A stretch of DNA of 64,000 nucleotides from an uncultured Pseudomonadota bacterium (GCA_963847705.1 CAWKBC010000029.1:192001-256000); one strand, 5' to 3'. Shown: positions 52,303 through 64,000, counted from the stretch's first letter. The notes: generated by a model not told the origin, from the letters alone. Program-made: numbers and translations.

Positions 52303-53183
52303 GTGTTCGCCGATTTGCGAAAGCTATCTTTGTCCTTTGGTACCGCAACAGCCTTGGCCAGCCTCGCACCATCGTTTGCGATGGCTGGGTCCCCCCGAGC
52401 GCCCCCGCGGCTTCAGTCCCCGACAGCGACGCCGGCGGTGAGGTCCACGCCGACACCTGCCTGGCGCGGACGGTCTGCTCGGTGAAAGAAAAAATTCGCT
52501 GGCAAACCCCTGCCTGGACACCCTCGCAATGCGGGCGGATCGCCGACGCCGTCGCCACCTCGGCGAAGCGCCACGATCTGAGCCCCACGCTGCTGTTGGC
52601 GATCATGGTCAACGAGAGCGACATGAACGAGAAAGCCGCGCGGATTTACACCCGTGACGGGAAGGTCTACGCCAAGGACGGCGGGTTGATGGCGATCCGT
52701 TGCCTGCTCGACGATCACGATCGCTGTACGAACGGGAACGTTCGCGGCGTCGCCTGGAAGGATCTCATGGATCCGGTGACCAACATCGAGCTCGGCGCCC
52801 GCGAGCTGGCGCATTGGCGCGATGGCGGCGGCGTGATGAGCAAGACCATCGTCAAGCTGGACGCCCAGGGTCACCGGCAACGCGTGACGAAAGACGTCCC
52901 CTGCGATCACAAGACCCACGGCTGGTGGGCGCACTACAACCACGGACCGCGCTACATCGACAAAGGGTACCCGCGGCACTATCCGCATCGGATTGCGGTG
53001 CTCGATCATGCGTTCGCGACGGTGATGAACACGCCCACGCCCGAGCTGACGGCGGGACGGATCACCATCCACGATCCGGGCAAGCGTGACCGCACGGTCG
53101 ATCGCCCGCTCGAACCACGTTACAAGAAGCTCTGCTCGCAGATCCTCTCCGGCGGGACCTGCGCGGCGATCGCGCTCAACTAG
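52303..53183 (+). pseudogene. Secreted lytic transglycosylase (SLT-like) with a frameshift in the C6 run at 52391-52396
   Basis: GGGGGA RBS and GTG give a signal peptide (..ALASLAPSFAMA); the -1 frame carries LAIMVNES, DGGLM, NIELGA, AHYNHG. Confidence 0.72.
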
Positions 53184-54451
53184 CGGCCGACCGTGGCGTG
53201 GAGCGGAGCCGCGATCGGCTCCCAGGCAGACGCGGTGCTGATCCGCAGGCCCAGCGCAGTCCCGAGGCCGAGCGCTGCCAGCGAGAGTCCGATCGCGGCG
53301 GCCAGGTGCGGCCCGACCGGACGGAACCTCCACATGCGCCGACGCAGAGAGTGATCCTTCACCGTCGGCTGTTCTGGCAGCTCTGGTGCGGCAGGCTGGC
53401 GATTGAGGTGCAGGGCGCTCTCGACCGACGCCGGTCGCGCCAGCGGTGAGATCGCCTCGATCTCGCGAACGAAGGTCGCCACCTCGTCGAGGTGTTGTTG
53501 TGAGCCGACCACGAAATCGTCGAGGGCGCGCGCCATCTCGGCCGCCGTCGAGAACCGATTTCGGCGATCGCGCTCGAGCGCGCGCATCACGATCCGCTCC
53601 AACTCCTCGGGGACGTCAGCCCGGTGGTCGGTGAGACCCGGAATCTTCATCTCCATGATCTTCTTGGCCGTGTGCAGATCGCTGTCGCCGGCGAAGAGGT
53701 GCTGCAAGGAGAGCATCTCGTGCATCACGATGCCGAGCGCGAAGAGATCGACGCGCCCGTCGATCGGTTTGCCCTCCAGTTGCTCGGGCGCGAGATAAGC
53801 AGGCTTTCCTTTCACCGTCCCGGCGCGCGTCGATCTGGCGGCGCTGGTGAACTTGGCCACCCCGAAGTCGAGCAGCTTCACCCCGCCCCACGGCGTCACG
53901 ATCATGTTGGACGGAGTGACGTCGCGATGAACCACCTCGAGCCGCACGCCGTTGTCGTCCTGCAGCCGGTGAACGCAGTCGAGCGCCCGGCAGATCTCGC
54001 GTCCGATGTACGCCGCGATCGCGGGCGGCATGCGCCGGTTGGCCGCGCGCAGGGCCCGCAGGATGCGCGACAGCGACGGTCCCTCGACGTACTCGAGGGC
54101 CAGGTAGAGGGTCCCCTCGTCCTCGCCGAACTCGAACGCCTGCACCACGTTGGGGTGGTGAATGAGGCCGAGGATCCGAGCTTCGTCGGAGAACATGCGG
54201 ACAAAGTCCTCGTCGCGTCCATAGGCCGGGAGGATCCGCTTGACCACCACGTCGCGCTCGAAGCCGGCCGGGCCGATGGCGCGGGCCTTGAACACCTCGG
54301 CCATCCCTCCGGTGCCGAGTGGGTGCAGGAGCTCGTAGTGACCGAGCCTCTGCGCCCCTTCAATCCGCCGCCGCGCGCGCGTCAACCACGGTGTCTTCCC
54401 GAACAGTCTTTCCAACAGCACGGCCGTGCCTCCAATCGCTCCCCCACGCAT
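53180..54451 (-). CDS. Hanks-type Ser/Thr protein kinase with C-terminal TM
   Basis: LGTGGMAEVF, VVKR, HRDVTPSN, DFG, YLAPE, DLFALG. Confidence 0.95.
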   Translation of the reverse strand: MRGGAIGGTAVLLERLFGKTPWLTRARRRIEGAQRLGHYELLHPLGTGGMAEVFKARAIGPAGFERDVVVKRILPAYGRDEDFVRMFSDEARILGLIHHPNVVQAFEFGEDEGTLYLALEYVEGPSLSRILRALRAANRRMPPAIAAYIGREICRALDCVHRLQDDNGVRLEVVHRDVTPSNMIVTPWGGVKLLDFGVAKFTSAARSTRAGTVKGKPAYLAPEQLEGKPIDGRVDLFALGIVMHEMLSLQHLFAGDSDLHTAKKIMEMKIPGLTDHRADVPEELERIVMRALERDRRNRFSTAAEMARALDDFVVGSQQHLDEVATFVREIEAISPLARPASVESALHLNRQPAAPELPEQPTVKDHSLRRRMWRFRPVGPHLAAAIGLSLAALGLGTALGLRISTASAWEPIAAPLHATVGR

Positions 54452-54666
54452 CTCCCCCGCGTCCCCAAGGTCTCCTGGAGGACATCTCGGCTAAAGAACA
54501 TCTCAAGAGTCGTGCCAACCGACCGACAGGTCGGGCCTCGGACTTCCTGCCTCTAGCAGCGCGGAAGAAGCCCGGACCGTAACGGCCAACCACCTGGAGT
54601 TACGGCGACGTGACGGGCGCCAATCAACCCTGCCGCGCGCGATCTGGGCCTTAGCTTCAAGAGCAA

Positions 54667-56688
54667 ATGGACGGCGAAAAGAAGAAGCTGAAGTTCTCCA
54701 TCGGCTACCTCATCATCGCGTTTTGGGCGGTCCTGCTGCTGCAGCAGGTGTTCGGCGCCTATCTCCAGCCGACCCGCACGTCTTACAGCGATTTCAAAGC
54801 GGCCGTCGCTGCGGGCCGGGTCACCGACGTCGCGATCGGGCATGCCGTCATCCGCGGACACATGAAGACCGATGCGACGACAGCGGCCGAGGGGAAGGGC
54901 TCCCAGGCCCAACAGGGTCAGGCGGCGCAGGAACCGGAGCAAGGAACGGCGACGCAAGAGCAGCAAAAGGAACAGCGAAACGGACCGCCCAAAGGGTCGC
55001 AGTCGCCGCAGCAGCTGCAGAAGGAAACGGCGCGCGCCAATTCATTCGAGACGGTGCGGGTCGACGACGCGGAGCTGATGCGCGATCTCTCCACCCACGG
55101 CGTGAAGGTGACCGGCGTCGTCGAGAGCAGCTTCTGGAAGGACGCGGCCGGGTGGCTGATTCCGCTCGTGGTCCTCGGCTTCATCTGGATGGTGGTGCTC
55201 CGGCGCGTCGGCCAGGTCGGACAGAACGGATTTCTCGCCGTCGGCCGCAGCAAGGCCAAGGTCTACATGGAGAAGGATGTTCACGTTCGCTTCTCCGACG
55301 TCGCCGGTGTCGACGAGGCCAAGGAGGAGCTCGCCGAGGTGATCGACTTTCTGAAGACGCCCGCGCGATTCGGACGCCTCGGCGCCAAGCTGCCCAAGGG
55401 CGTGCTGCTGGTCGGACCGCCCGGAACCGGAAAGACGCTGCTGGCCCGGGCGGTCGCGGGTGAGGCGGGCGTCCCCTTCTTTTCCATCAGCGGCTCCGAC
55501 TTCGTCGAGATGTTCGTGGGCGTCGGCGCCGCGCGGGTGCGCGATCTGTTCGAGCAGGCAAAGCAGAAGGCCCCCTGCATCATCTTCGTCGACGAGCTCG
55601 ACGCGCTCGGCAAGGCGCGAGGCATCGGCCCGGTGACACACGAGGAGCGGGAGCAGACCCTCAACCAGCTGCTCGTGGAGCTGGACGGGTTCGACACGCG
55701 CGTGGGCGTCATTCTGATGGCCGCCACCAACCGGCCGGAGATCCTCGACCCGGCGCTGCTGCGGGCCGGCCGGTTCGATCGCCACGTCCTCGTCGACAGG
55801 CCCGACCGCATCGCGCGCCTGGAGATCCTCAAGCTGCACGCCAGCAAGGTCCCCATCGAGTCGCCCCACGATCTGGAGGTGATCGCCGCCATGACCGCCG
55901 GCTTCGTGGGCGCCGATCTGGCCAACATCATCAACGAGGCGGCGCTGCTGGGGGTGCGGCGAGATCGCGATCGGGTCGGAATGTCCGAGCTGCAGGAGGC
56001 GGTCGAGCGGATCGTGGCCGGCTTGGAGAAAAAGAACCGCGTCCTCTCCCCCGCCGAGAAGAAGCGGGTCGCCCACCACGAGCTGGGACACGCGCTGGTG
56101 GCGCTCTCCTTCCCCAATGGCGAAGGCGTTCACAAGATCTCGATCATCCCCCGCGGCATCTCGGCGCTCGGCTACACGATGCAGGCCCCGACCGAGGATC
56201 GCTTTCTCATGACCGAGAGCGAGCTCAAGAGCAAGGTCGCGACCCTGCTGGGCGGCCGCGCCGCCGAAGAGCTCATCTACGACGAGGTCTCGACGGGCGC
56301 CCACGACGATCTCAGCAAGGCGACCGACATCGCGCGCAGCATGGTGAAGACCTTCGGGATGAGCCCGCGGGTCGGTCAGGTCAGCTTCGAGAAGGATCGC
56401 CGGTCGCTCATGCTGCAGGCCCCAGGTGAGCCCCAGCTCCGCGGCGACTACAGCGAACAGACGGCGCGCTCGATCGACGACGAGGTTCGCCGGATCATCG
56501 ACGAACAACACGAGCGGGCCACCGAGATCCTCTCCCAGCGCCACCAGGTGCTGCTGCGCGCCGCGCAGCTCCTGCTGACCAAGGAGACGATCACCGGGCA
56601 GGAGCTACGTGACCTGCTCGCGGCGAGTGAACCGTCGGAGCCTGCGACAGACGAACAGCCGCAGGCCTCCGACGTTCACGCCGTCTAG
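54667..56688 (+). CDS. ftsH: ATP-dependent zinc metalloprotease FtsH
   Basis: Two TMs, [26 protein letters not shown] zinc motif. Confidence 0.97.
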   Translation: MDGEKKKLKFSIGYLIIAFWAVLLLQQVFGAYLQPTRTSYSDFKAAVAAGRVTDVAIGHAVIRGHMKTDATTAAEGKGSQAQQGQAAQEPEQGTATQEQQKEQRNGPPKGSQSPQQLQKETARANSFETVRVDDAELMRDLSTHGVKVTGVVESSFWKDAAGWLIPLVVLGFIWMVVLRRVGQVGQNGFLAVGRSKAKVYMEKDVHVRFSDVAGVDEAKEELAEVIDFLKTPARFGRLGAKLPKGVLLVGPPGTGKTLLARAVAGEAGVPFFSISGSDFVEMFVGVGAARVRDLFEQAKQKAPCIIFVDELDALGKARGIGPVTHEEREQTLNQLLVELDGFDTRVGVILMAATNRPEILDPALLRAGRFDRHVLVDRPDRIARLEILKLHASKVPIESPHDLEVIAAMTAGFVGADLANIINEAALLGVRRDRDRVGMSELQEAVERIVAGLEKKNRVLSPAEKKRVAHHELGHALVALSFPNGEGVHKISIIPRGISALGYTMQAPTEDRFLMTESELKSKVATLLGGRAAEELIYDEVSTGAHDDLSKATDIARSMVKTFGMSPRVGQVSFEKDRRSLMLQAPGEPQLRGDYSEQTARSIDDEVRRIIDEQHERATEILSQRHQVLLRAAQLLLTKETITGQELRDLLAASEPSEPATDEQPQASDVHAV

Positions 56689-56689
56689 C

Positions 56690-56728
56690 TGAAAGTAAAA
56701 CGGCGGCAGCGATTGCTCGCCGCCGCCG
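56690..56728 (-). terminator. Intrinsic terminator downstream of the Cys-rich lipoprotein gene
   Basis: Minus strand cggcggcggcga-GCAA-tcgctgccgccg followed by ttttactttc. Confidence 0.8.
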
Positions 56729-56759
56729 TCGTTGTGGATTGGATTTCTAGCGCCGGCCG

Positions 56760-57854
56760 TTAGCCGCCCGCGCCACCGGCGCCACCGCACATGTATCGAT
56801 CACCGCCGCCGCCGCCAGCCATGCAGGTGCAGGTCGCGCCAGCCGTGTCCGTGCAGGTGGTCCCTGCGCCCGTGCACGCCGCGAAGGCCCGGCAAGCGTT
56901 GCCGCCGGCGCCCGCGGCGCCGTTCTCGCCGCCAGCGCCACCGCCGCAGGTGTAGCGGCGCGTGCCGCCGGGCCCCGCACCGCAGGTGCAGGTCGCTCCC
57001 GCCGTGTCCCGGCAGGTCTCCACGCCGGTGCAGGCCCCGTCGGCCACGCAGGCGCCGCCGCCAGCGCCCGCCGCGCCGTTCGCGCCGCCCGCGCCACCGC
57101 CGCAGGTGTACCGGCGCGTGCCGCCGGGTCCCGCGCCGCAGGTGCAGGTCGCTCCCGCCGTGTCCCGGCAGGTCTCCACGCCGGTGCAGGTCCCGTCGGC
57201 CACGCAGGCGCCGCCGCCAGCGCCCGCCGCGCCGTTCGCGCCGCCCGCGCCACCGCCGCAGGTGTAGCGGCGCGTGCCGCCGGGCCCCGCGCCGCAGGTG
57301 CAGGTCGCTCCCGCCGTGTCCCTACAGGTCTCCGTGCCCGTGCAGGTCCCGTCGGCGACGCAGGCTCCGCCGCCAGCGCCCGCCGCGCCGTTCGCGCCGC
57401 CCGCGCCACCGCCGCAGGTGTACCGGCGCGTGCCGCCGGCCCCCGCGCCGCAGGTGCAGGTCGCTCCCGCCGTGTCCTTACAGGTCTCCGTGCCCGTGCA
57501 GGTCCCGTCGGCGACGCAGGCTCCGCCGCCTGCACCGGCTCCGCCGGTCGTGCCGCCCGTCCCGGGCGTCCCGAAACCGCCGGTCCCGGTCGTCGTCGTG
57601 CCGCCCGTCCCGGGTGCCCCGAAACCGCCGGTCCCGGTCGTCGTCGTGCCGCCAGTTCCGGTCGTCGTCGTGCCGCCAGTTCCGGTCGTTCCGAAACCAC
57701 CGGTCCCGGTCGTCTCACCACCGGTCCCGGTGGTTCCGCCGGTCCCCTCTGTGCTGCTCGAGCCGCCGCAGCTTGGCGTAAAAACTGCCAAGGCGAGCAT
57801 TGCAAAGCCGCCGACGGCCAACAAAACCTTCTGGGACGTGATCAAGCGCTTCAT
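56760..57854 (-). CDS. Gly/Thr/Cys-rich repetitive lipoprotein
   Basis: Signal ending PSC; GTGG linker; five 6-Cys modules; GGGGGA RBS. Confidence 0.85.
   Translation of the reverse strand: MKRLITSQKVLLAVGGFAMLALAVFTPSCGGSSSTEGTGGTTGTGGETTGTGGFGTTGTGGTTTTGTGGTTTTGTGGFGAPGTGGTTTTGTGGFGTPGTGGTTGGAGAGGGACVADGTCTGTETCKDTAGATCTCGAGAGGTRRYTCGGGAGGANGAAGAGGGACVADGTCTGTETCRDTAGATCTCGAGPGGTRRYTCGGGAGGANGAAGAGGGACVADGTCTGVETCRDTAGATCTCGAGPGGTRRYTCGGGAGGANGAAGAGGGACVADGACTGVETCRDTAGATCTCGAGPGGTRRYTCGGGAGGENGAAGAGGNACRAFAACTGAGTTCTDTAGATCTCMAGGGGGDRYMCGGAGGAGG
56906..57529 (-). repeat. 4 x 156-bp coding tandem repeat (52-aa module with 6 Cys); a degenerate fifth module follows
   Basis: ACVADGTCTG.ETC.DTAGATCTCGAG.GGTRRYTCGGGAGG.NGAAGAGGG at a 156-bp period; boundaries approximate. 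Confidence 0.92.
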
Positions 57855-57927
57855 GAGGATCCCCCCGGGGATGATTGTTAACTGGTGGGATATGTGCGGC
57901 GCCCGGGGGGGCGTTATCAAAAAAAGA

Positions 57928-58137
57928 TCAGAGGTTCAACGGATTGTCTCCAGGTGACTTCTCTCCAGACGACGCGAACGAATGAACGGCCCTCGTCGAC
58001 TGCGCGTAGTGCGCCGCGTCGGAGACGAGCTGCGTCGTCTTCAGGCCTGCGGTCGCGGGGTGCCCCGGCGACAGGATCGCACCCCAGAGTGATCCAACGA
58101 TGACTGCCACACCCCAACGCAACAACAATGATCGCAT
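57928..58137 (-). CDS. Small putative secreted protein (69 aa)
   Basis: GGAGG-6 nt-ATG; MRSLLLRWGVAVIVGSLWGAILSPGHPATA signal-like N-terminus; directly downstream of a sigma54-like promoter. Confidence 0.5.
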   Translation of the reverse strand: MRSLLLRWGVAVIVGSLWGAILSPGHPATAGLKTTQLVSDAAHYAQSTRAVHSFASSGEKSPGDNPLNL

Positions 58138-58163
58138 CTTGGGCCTCCGCTCGCCGCCAACCA

Positions 58164-58181
58164 ATGCAGGCTCGACGCCAA
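58164..58181 (-). promoter_or_regulatory. Putative sigma54 (-24/-12) promoter
   Basis: Minus strand TTGGCGTCGAGCCTGCAT = GG-N10-GC; divergent from a bEBP gene. Confidence 0.6.
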
Positions 58182-58362
58182 AGTGCTCGTCCGACCTACA
58201 TTGCAGTTTCGGGACCTTACGAAAGCGACGACGGCCGTCTGTTCCGCTCCGGTGACGGCGTCGGCGGCGCGGTTACCGCTCCCGGACGGGGATGACAATG
58301 GGGAGTCGCCCGCTCTTGCCTCGTTCAGGCCTGAACTTAAAAGAAGTTTCTAAGGGGACGGC

Positions 58363-59775
58363 GTGAACGCAGACCTTTCTTTGAAGTCATCGGCGGTGCC
58401 TCTCGCGGTCGGCTCGGGTGCGCTCAATGTCCTGCTGGTGGATGACGAGCCGGACATCGGTCTCGCCGCCGGCGAGGCACTGCGTGACGCCGGACACAGG
58501 GTGAGCGTCGCGACCACCGGGGCCCAGGCGCTCGATCTGGTCGGTCGACAGCTCTATGACGTCATGATCTGCGACATCAGGCTTCCGGGAATCGACGGGC
58601 TGACGCTGTTTCGACGGACCCGGCAGGAGTCGCCCGAGACCACGGTGATCCTGATGACCGCCTTCGCCGCGGTTCAGGACGCAGTGGCCGCCGTCAAAGA
58701 AGGCGCGCACGACTACCTGACCAAACCGTTCGACATCGACGAGATCACCTTGAGGGTCCGCCGCATCGCGGAGCACCGGGCGCTCTTGCGCGAGCTCGAC
58801 GACGCGCGCGCACAGCTGGCCGAGCACAAGGCCGACGAGACGGTGATCGGTCGCTCGGCGCAGATGTTGAGGCTGATGGATCGGGTCAACACCATCGCCA
58901 CCAGCCACGCGCCGGTCCTGATCCGGGGGGAGAGCGGCACCGGGAAAGAGCTGGTCGCGCGGGCCCTGCACGAGCGCGGGCCCCGCCGGGGAAACGCCTT
59001 CGTCGCGGTCAACTGCGCGGCGTTCCCGGACACGCTGCTGGAGGCGGAGCTGTTCGGCCACGAGCGTGGCGCCTTCACCGGCGCGGTCCGGCGCCGCGAC
59101 GGGCGGTTTCGGGCGGCGCACGGTGGGACGCTGCTGCTCGACGAGGTGGCCGAGATGTCGCTCCCCGCGCAAGCCAAGCTGCTGCGCGTGCTGCAGGAAG
59201 GGACCGTCGAGCCGCTCGGCACCAACGAGTCGCTGCGGGTGGACGTGCGGGTCATCTCGGCGACCCACCGCGACCTCAAGGAGCGGATCGCCGACGGCAG
59301 GTTCCGGGAAGATCTCTACTACCGGCTCAACGTCCTGGACGTCGACATCCCGCCGCTGCGCGATCGCCGGGGCGACCTGCCGCTCCTGGTGCAGTACTTC
59401 CTGAAGAAGTTCACCCGGCCGGGGCGCGATCTTCCCAACGTCTCACCGGCGGCCTGGGGCGCGCTGTCGCAGTTCAGCTTCCCGGGAAACGTCCGCGAGC
59501 TGGGCCACGCCATCGAGCACGCAGCGGTGCTGGCGGACGGCGGCGACATCGACGTCCGCCACCTGCCGCGGGACATCGCCCAGGCGGGCGAGATCCCCGA
59601 GGGGCCTTCGGCGCCGCCCCGACCGCTCGGAACGGCGCTCAAGGAGTTCGAGCGCGAGTACCTGCAGCGGGCGCTGGCGCAGGCCGACGGCAAGCGCACG
59701 GTGGCCGCCGAGATCCTGGGTATCTCCCGCAAGAACCTCTGGGAGAAGCTCCGCATGCACGGCTTCAACGAGTGA
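58363..59775 (+). CDS. NtrC-family sigma54-dependent response regulator
   Basis: REC (LVDDE..CDI..KPF), GESGTGKE, GAFTGA, C-terminal Fis-type HTH. Confidence 0.97.
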   Translation: MNADLSLKSSAVPLAVGSGALNVLLVDDEPDIGLAAGEALRDAGHRVSVATTGAQALDLVGRQLYDVMICDIRLPGIDGLTLFRRTRQESPETTVILMTAFAAVQDAVAAVKEGAHDYLTKPFDIDEITLRVRRIAEHRALLRELDDARAQLAEHKADETVIGRSAQMLRLMDRVNTIATSHAPVLIRGESGTGKELVARALHERGPRRGNAFVAVNCAAFPDTLLEAELFGHERGAFTGAVRRRDGRFRAAHGGTLLLDEVAEMSLPAQAKLLRVLQEGTVEPLGTNESLRVDVRVISATHRDLKERIADGRFREDLYYRLNVLDVDIPPLRDRRGDLPLLVQYFLKKFTRPGRDLPNVSPAAWGALSQFSFPGNVRELGHAIEHAAVLADGGDIDVRHLPRDIAQAGEIPEGPSAPPRPLGTALKEFEREYLQRALAQADGKRTVAAEILGISRKNLWEKLRMHGFNE

Positions 59776-59851
59776 GTCCCACGACGGACTTGCTCGCCAA
59801 AGCCAGGCGATCGACCGCCTCCGCCCAAGCCGCGAAGCCGAGCCGCGAAGG

Positions 59852-60205
59852 CTACGGGGCCTGGAACTCGGAGGGCGGCGCGGCGCCCGGAAGCGACATC
59901 GGGTTGCGCGTCAGCAGATCGCCGAAGACGCCGGTCATCATGACCAGCGTGAAGACCAGCGAGACGGAGAAGACCAGCCTGTTGGCGCCCGGGGCCTCCG
60001 TCATGTGCATGAAGAAGAGCACGACCAAGGTCGCCTTGAAGATGGCGATGATCAGCGCGAGATAGATGTTCGGGTGGTAGTGCCCGGTGTAGACGGTGAG
60101 CCCCGTGCAGGCGAGCAGCACGATCCAGACGAGCCAGTAGCGTCCGGCTCCGTGTTCGTGGTGCTCGGCTTTTCCGGCTTCGGTCTGGGCTGGTTCGTGG
60201 GCCAC
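59852..60205 (-). CDS. Cytochrome c oxidase subunit IV family protein
   Basis: YWLVWIVLL..T..IAIFKATLVVLFFMH; GGAG RBS; position in operon. Confidence 0.88.
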   Translation of the reverse strand: MAHEPAQTEAGKAEHHEHGAGRYWLVWIVLLACTGLTVYTGHYHPNIYLALIIAIFKATLVVLFFMHMTEAPGANRLVFSVSLVFTLVMMTGVFGDLLTRNPMSLPGAAPPSEFQAP

Positions 60206-60224
60206 GATTTGAGTCTCCGTACGC

Positions 60225-60861
60225 TGAGATCAGATAGAGCAGCGGAAAAAGGAAGATCCAGACCAGGTCGACGAGGTGCCAGTAGAGCCCGCCCAGCTCC
60301 ACCGGAACGTAGTTCGTCGCCGAGAACTCCCCCTTGAGGACGCGCGCCAGGATCCAGATCAGGATCGACATGCCCACGATGACGTGGAAGGCGTGCAGGC
60401 CGGTGGAGAGGAAGTAGATGGTGTAGTAGAGGTTCGCCCCTGGCGCCGTCACTTCCGCGTAGTGATAGAAGGCCCCCGGCAGCGCCCCTTCCTGGAACTT
60501 GTGGTGGTACTCGATCGCCTTGATGCACAAGAAGGCGAAGGCGCAGAGGATGGTGAAGATCAGCAGCGCCGCGCACTGCTTCTTCTTGTTCAGCTTGATG
60601 GCGTGGTAGGCCAGCGCGACGCTCAAGCTGCTGGTGATGAGGACGATCGTGTTGGTCGTTCCCGCCCAGAGGTCGAGGTGGCGCGACGCCTCGTGAAACG
60701 CCTCGTAGTAGAAGTGGCGGTAGACGGTGTAGCCCAGGAAGAGCCCGGCGAAGAGCAGCACCTCGGTGCCGAGGAAGAGCCACATCCCGAGGCGGACGGC
60801 GTAGTCCTGCTTCTCGATCGTCTCGAAGTGGTGCGCCAGGTGCGGCTTGGTGAGGCCGTCC

Positions 60862-60875
<14 letters not shown>
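60225..60875 (-). CDS. coxC: Cytochrome c oxidase subunit III (expected stop reads TCA; the ORF as sequenced runs to 59319)
   Basis: LGMWLFLGTEVLLF, TGLHAFHV, GLYWHLVDLVWIFLFPLLYLI. Confidence 0.9.
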
Positions 60876-62488
<1,613 letters not shown>

Positions 62489-62517
<29 letters not shown>

Positions 62518-63556
62518 AAATCGCTTCCTTCGAGGGGACGGCCTCGAGACCCGGCGTTCGCAACGACTTGATGAACTCGACCAGCGCGGCGGCGTCTGGC
62601 GCTGCCAGCCGCCCCTTGTAGGTCGGCATCAGGGGCTTGAAGCCCTTGACGATCTTCCCGCGCGGGTCGATCATCGAATCGGTCAGGTAGGCCTCGTCGG
62701 CGATCACGGTCTCGCCGTTCTCCAGGACCTCTTTCTTGTTGTAGAGGTCGAGCCAGGTCGGACCGATGTGCGGCTCGCCGTCGAGGGAGTGGCACTTGAC
62801 GCATCCCTGGTTCATGGCGACCTGCTTTCCATACTCGACGATCGAGCCGTGGAAGCCCGGACCGTCGTCGCCGCCCGAGTCGACGCGCGCGGAGAGCGAC
62901 CCTTTGCGCTGCTCGAGCATCCACTGGTCGAACTCGGACCCCTCCATCACCACCACCTCGCCCCACATCTGCGAGTGCCAGGTGCCGCAATACTGCGAGC
63001 AGAGGATCTGATAGCGCCCGGGCTTGGTCGCCTCGAACCAGGTCTCGGTGTAACGGCCGGGGATGACGTCTTGCTTGATCCGGAAGTCGGGGACGAAGAA
63101 CGAGTGGATGACGTCGCGGCTGGTCATGAGCAGCCGGACCGGGCGGTTGGCGGGGACGTGCAGCGTCGCGATGGCGTTCGGCCCCTCGGCGCCGTAGGAG
63201 AACTTCCACATCCACTTCTTGGCCATCACGTACACGTCCATCGCGTTCTCGGGCGGCGTCGTGTACCAGACGTAGTCCTTGTAGCCCTGCACGAACCAGA
63301 GCAGGAAGAAGAAGAGCGGCACGCTGATGACCAGGATCTCGAACTTCACGCTGGGGATGACCAGCGGCGTCGACTGCCTGGGGCGTCGTTCGCGATACTT
63401 GAAGAAGAAGACGAACGCCAGGAGGCCGGTGATCGTCGAGGCGATCATCGTCACCGTGATGACGAAGAAGTGGAGCCGATCGACCGGGACCGCGAACGTC
63501 GAGGCCGGGTCCGGCAGAAAGAGCAGGTGACGCATCAGATCTTCGATGGCGGTCAT
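62489..63556 (-). CDS. coxB: Cytochrome c oxidase subunit II with fused cytochrome c (caa3 type)
   Basis: DVIHSF, CuA motif CSQYCGTWHSQM, heme motif CVKCH..MP. Confidence 0.95.
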
Positions 63557-64000
63557 ATTGTTCTCCCGCTGGTCGCGGCGACGCTCCGGCCGGTCGCAGC
63601 GGCGGCGACCTGGCGTTTTCTCATCGCGAACTCTTTCCGCCAGAGCACGGTCATGAGACCGGCCAGGGCGAGGAACACCAACCCGGCGCCGATCCGCATG
63701 AAGCCGAACACGAACGGTCCGTAGCGGCGGGTGACCGGGTCGTACCGGTAGCAGGAGAGGATCACCTTGTCGAGCGAGGTCCCCACCTTGCCGTCGCTGG
63801 CCTCGACCAGCGCCATCCGGAAGTCGCGGGCGGGATAGTCGACGCCGTAGAGGTACCGCGAGATCACGCCGTCGGGCGTCAGCACGAAGGCGACCGCCTC
63901 ATGGGCGAACTGCTTCGAGGTCGGGTCGTACTTGTAGCGAAACCCGACCGCGTCGGCGAGCGTGCGCGCCGCGGCGCCACCGTCGGCCGAGGAGAGCCAG
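63553..64000 (-). CDS. SCO-family protein (5'-truncated by window edge)
   Basis: VGFRYKYD..QFAH..VLTPDGVISRYLYG..LVEASDGKVG..CYRYDP; immediately upstream of coxB. Confidence 0.85.
   Translation of the reverse strand, partial: WLSSADGGAAARTLADAVGFRYKYDPTSKQFAHEAVAFVLTPDGVISRYLYGVDYPARDFRMALVEASDGKVGTSLDKVILSCYRYDPVTRRYGPFVFGFMRIGAGLVFLALAGLMTVLWRKEFAMRKRQVAAAATGRSVAATSGRTI

Noticed and set aside
56962-57957. Pro/Val-rich plus-strand ORFs
   Set aside because: Antisense of the Gly/Thr/Cys lipoprotein, which has the RBS, lipobox and terminator
58094-58109. Second sigma54 promoter (TGGCAGTCATCGTTGG)
   Set aside because: GG-N10-GC spacing is not met
59319-60224. Genuine cox3 C-terminal fusion domain
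   Set aside because: The extension is out of frame with subunit IV and antisense to the NtrC gene, consistent with stop loss

Overview
High-GC, gene-dense bacterial chromosome segment. The gene content points to Myxococcota, probably Polyangia (inference): a zinc-ribbon/GYF GltJ-like protein, a DUF4388 pseudo-receiver, PilZ proteins, a Hanks kinase, an FHA protein, an NtrC-type activator and a Cys/Gly-rich lipoprotein. Most of it is housekeeping and envelope genes: lysC, cutA, recG, gshA, pyrE, a class V aminotransferase-serA-hisZ-purA operon, ABC-F, parAB, folD, ftsH and a caa3 oxidase operon. No rRNA, tRNA, CRISPR array, transposase or integrase was seen. Most notable: (1) a ~950-bp non-coding element at 20.0-21.0 kb in which a ~206-nt rod-like palindrome is flanked by two different tandem arrays carrying GCGAAGC mini-hairpins on opposite strands; (2) a predicted sigma54 promoter, small secreted ORF and 6-Cys-repeat lipoprotein divergent from an orphan enhancer-binding protein; (3) an ENSVLFSL motif shared by a GltJ-like protein and a nearby single-pass membrane protein; (4) many apparently leaderless genes; (5) three reading-frame lesions (ABC-F +1, SLT-like gene in a C6 run, cox3 stop loss) that may be assembly errors. 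All product calls come from motif recognition by eye, with no database searches.
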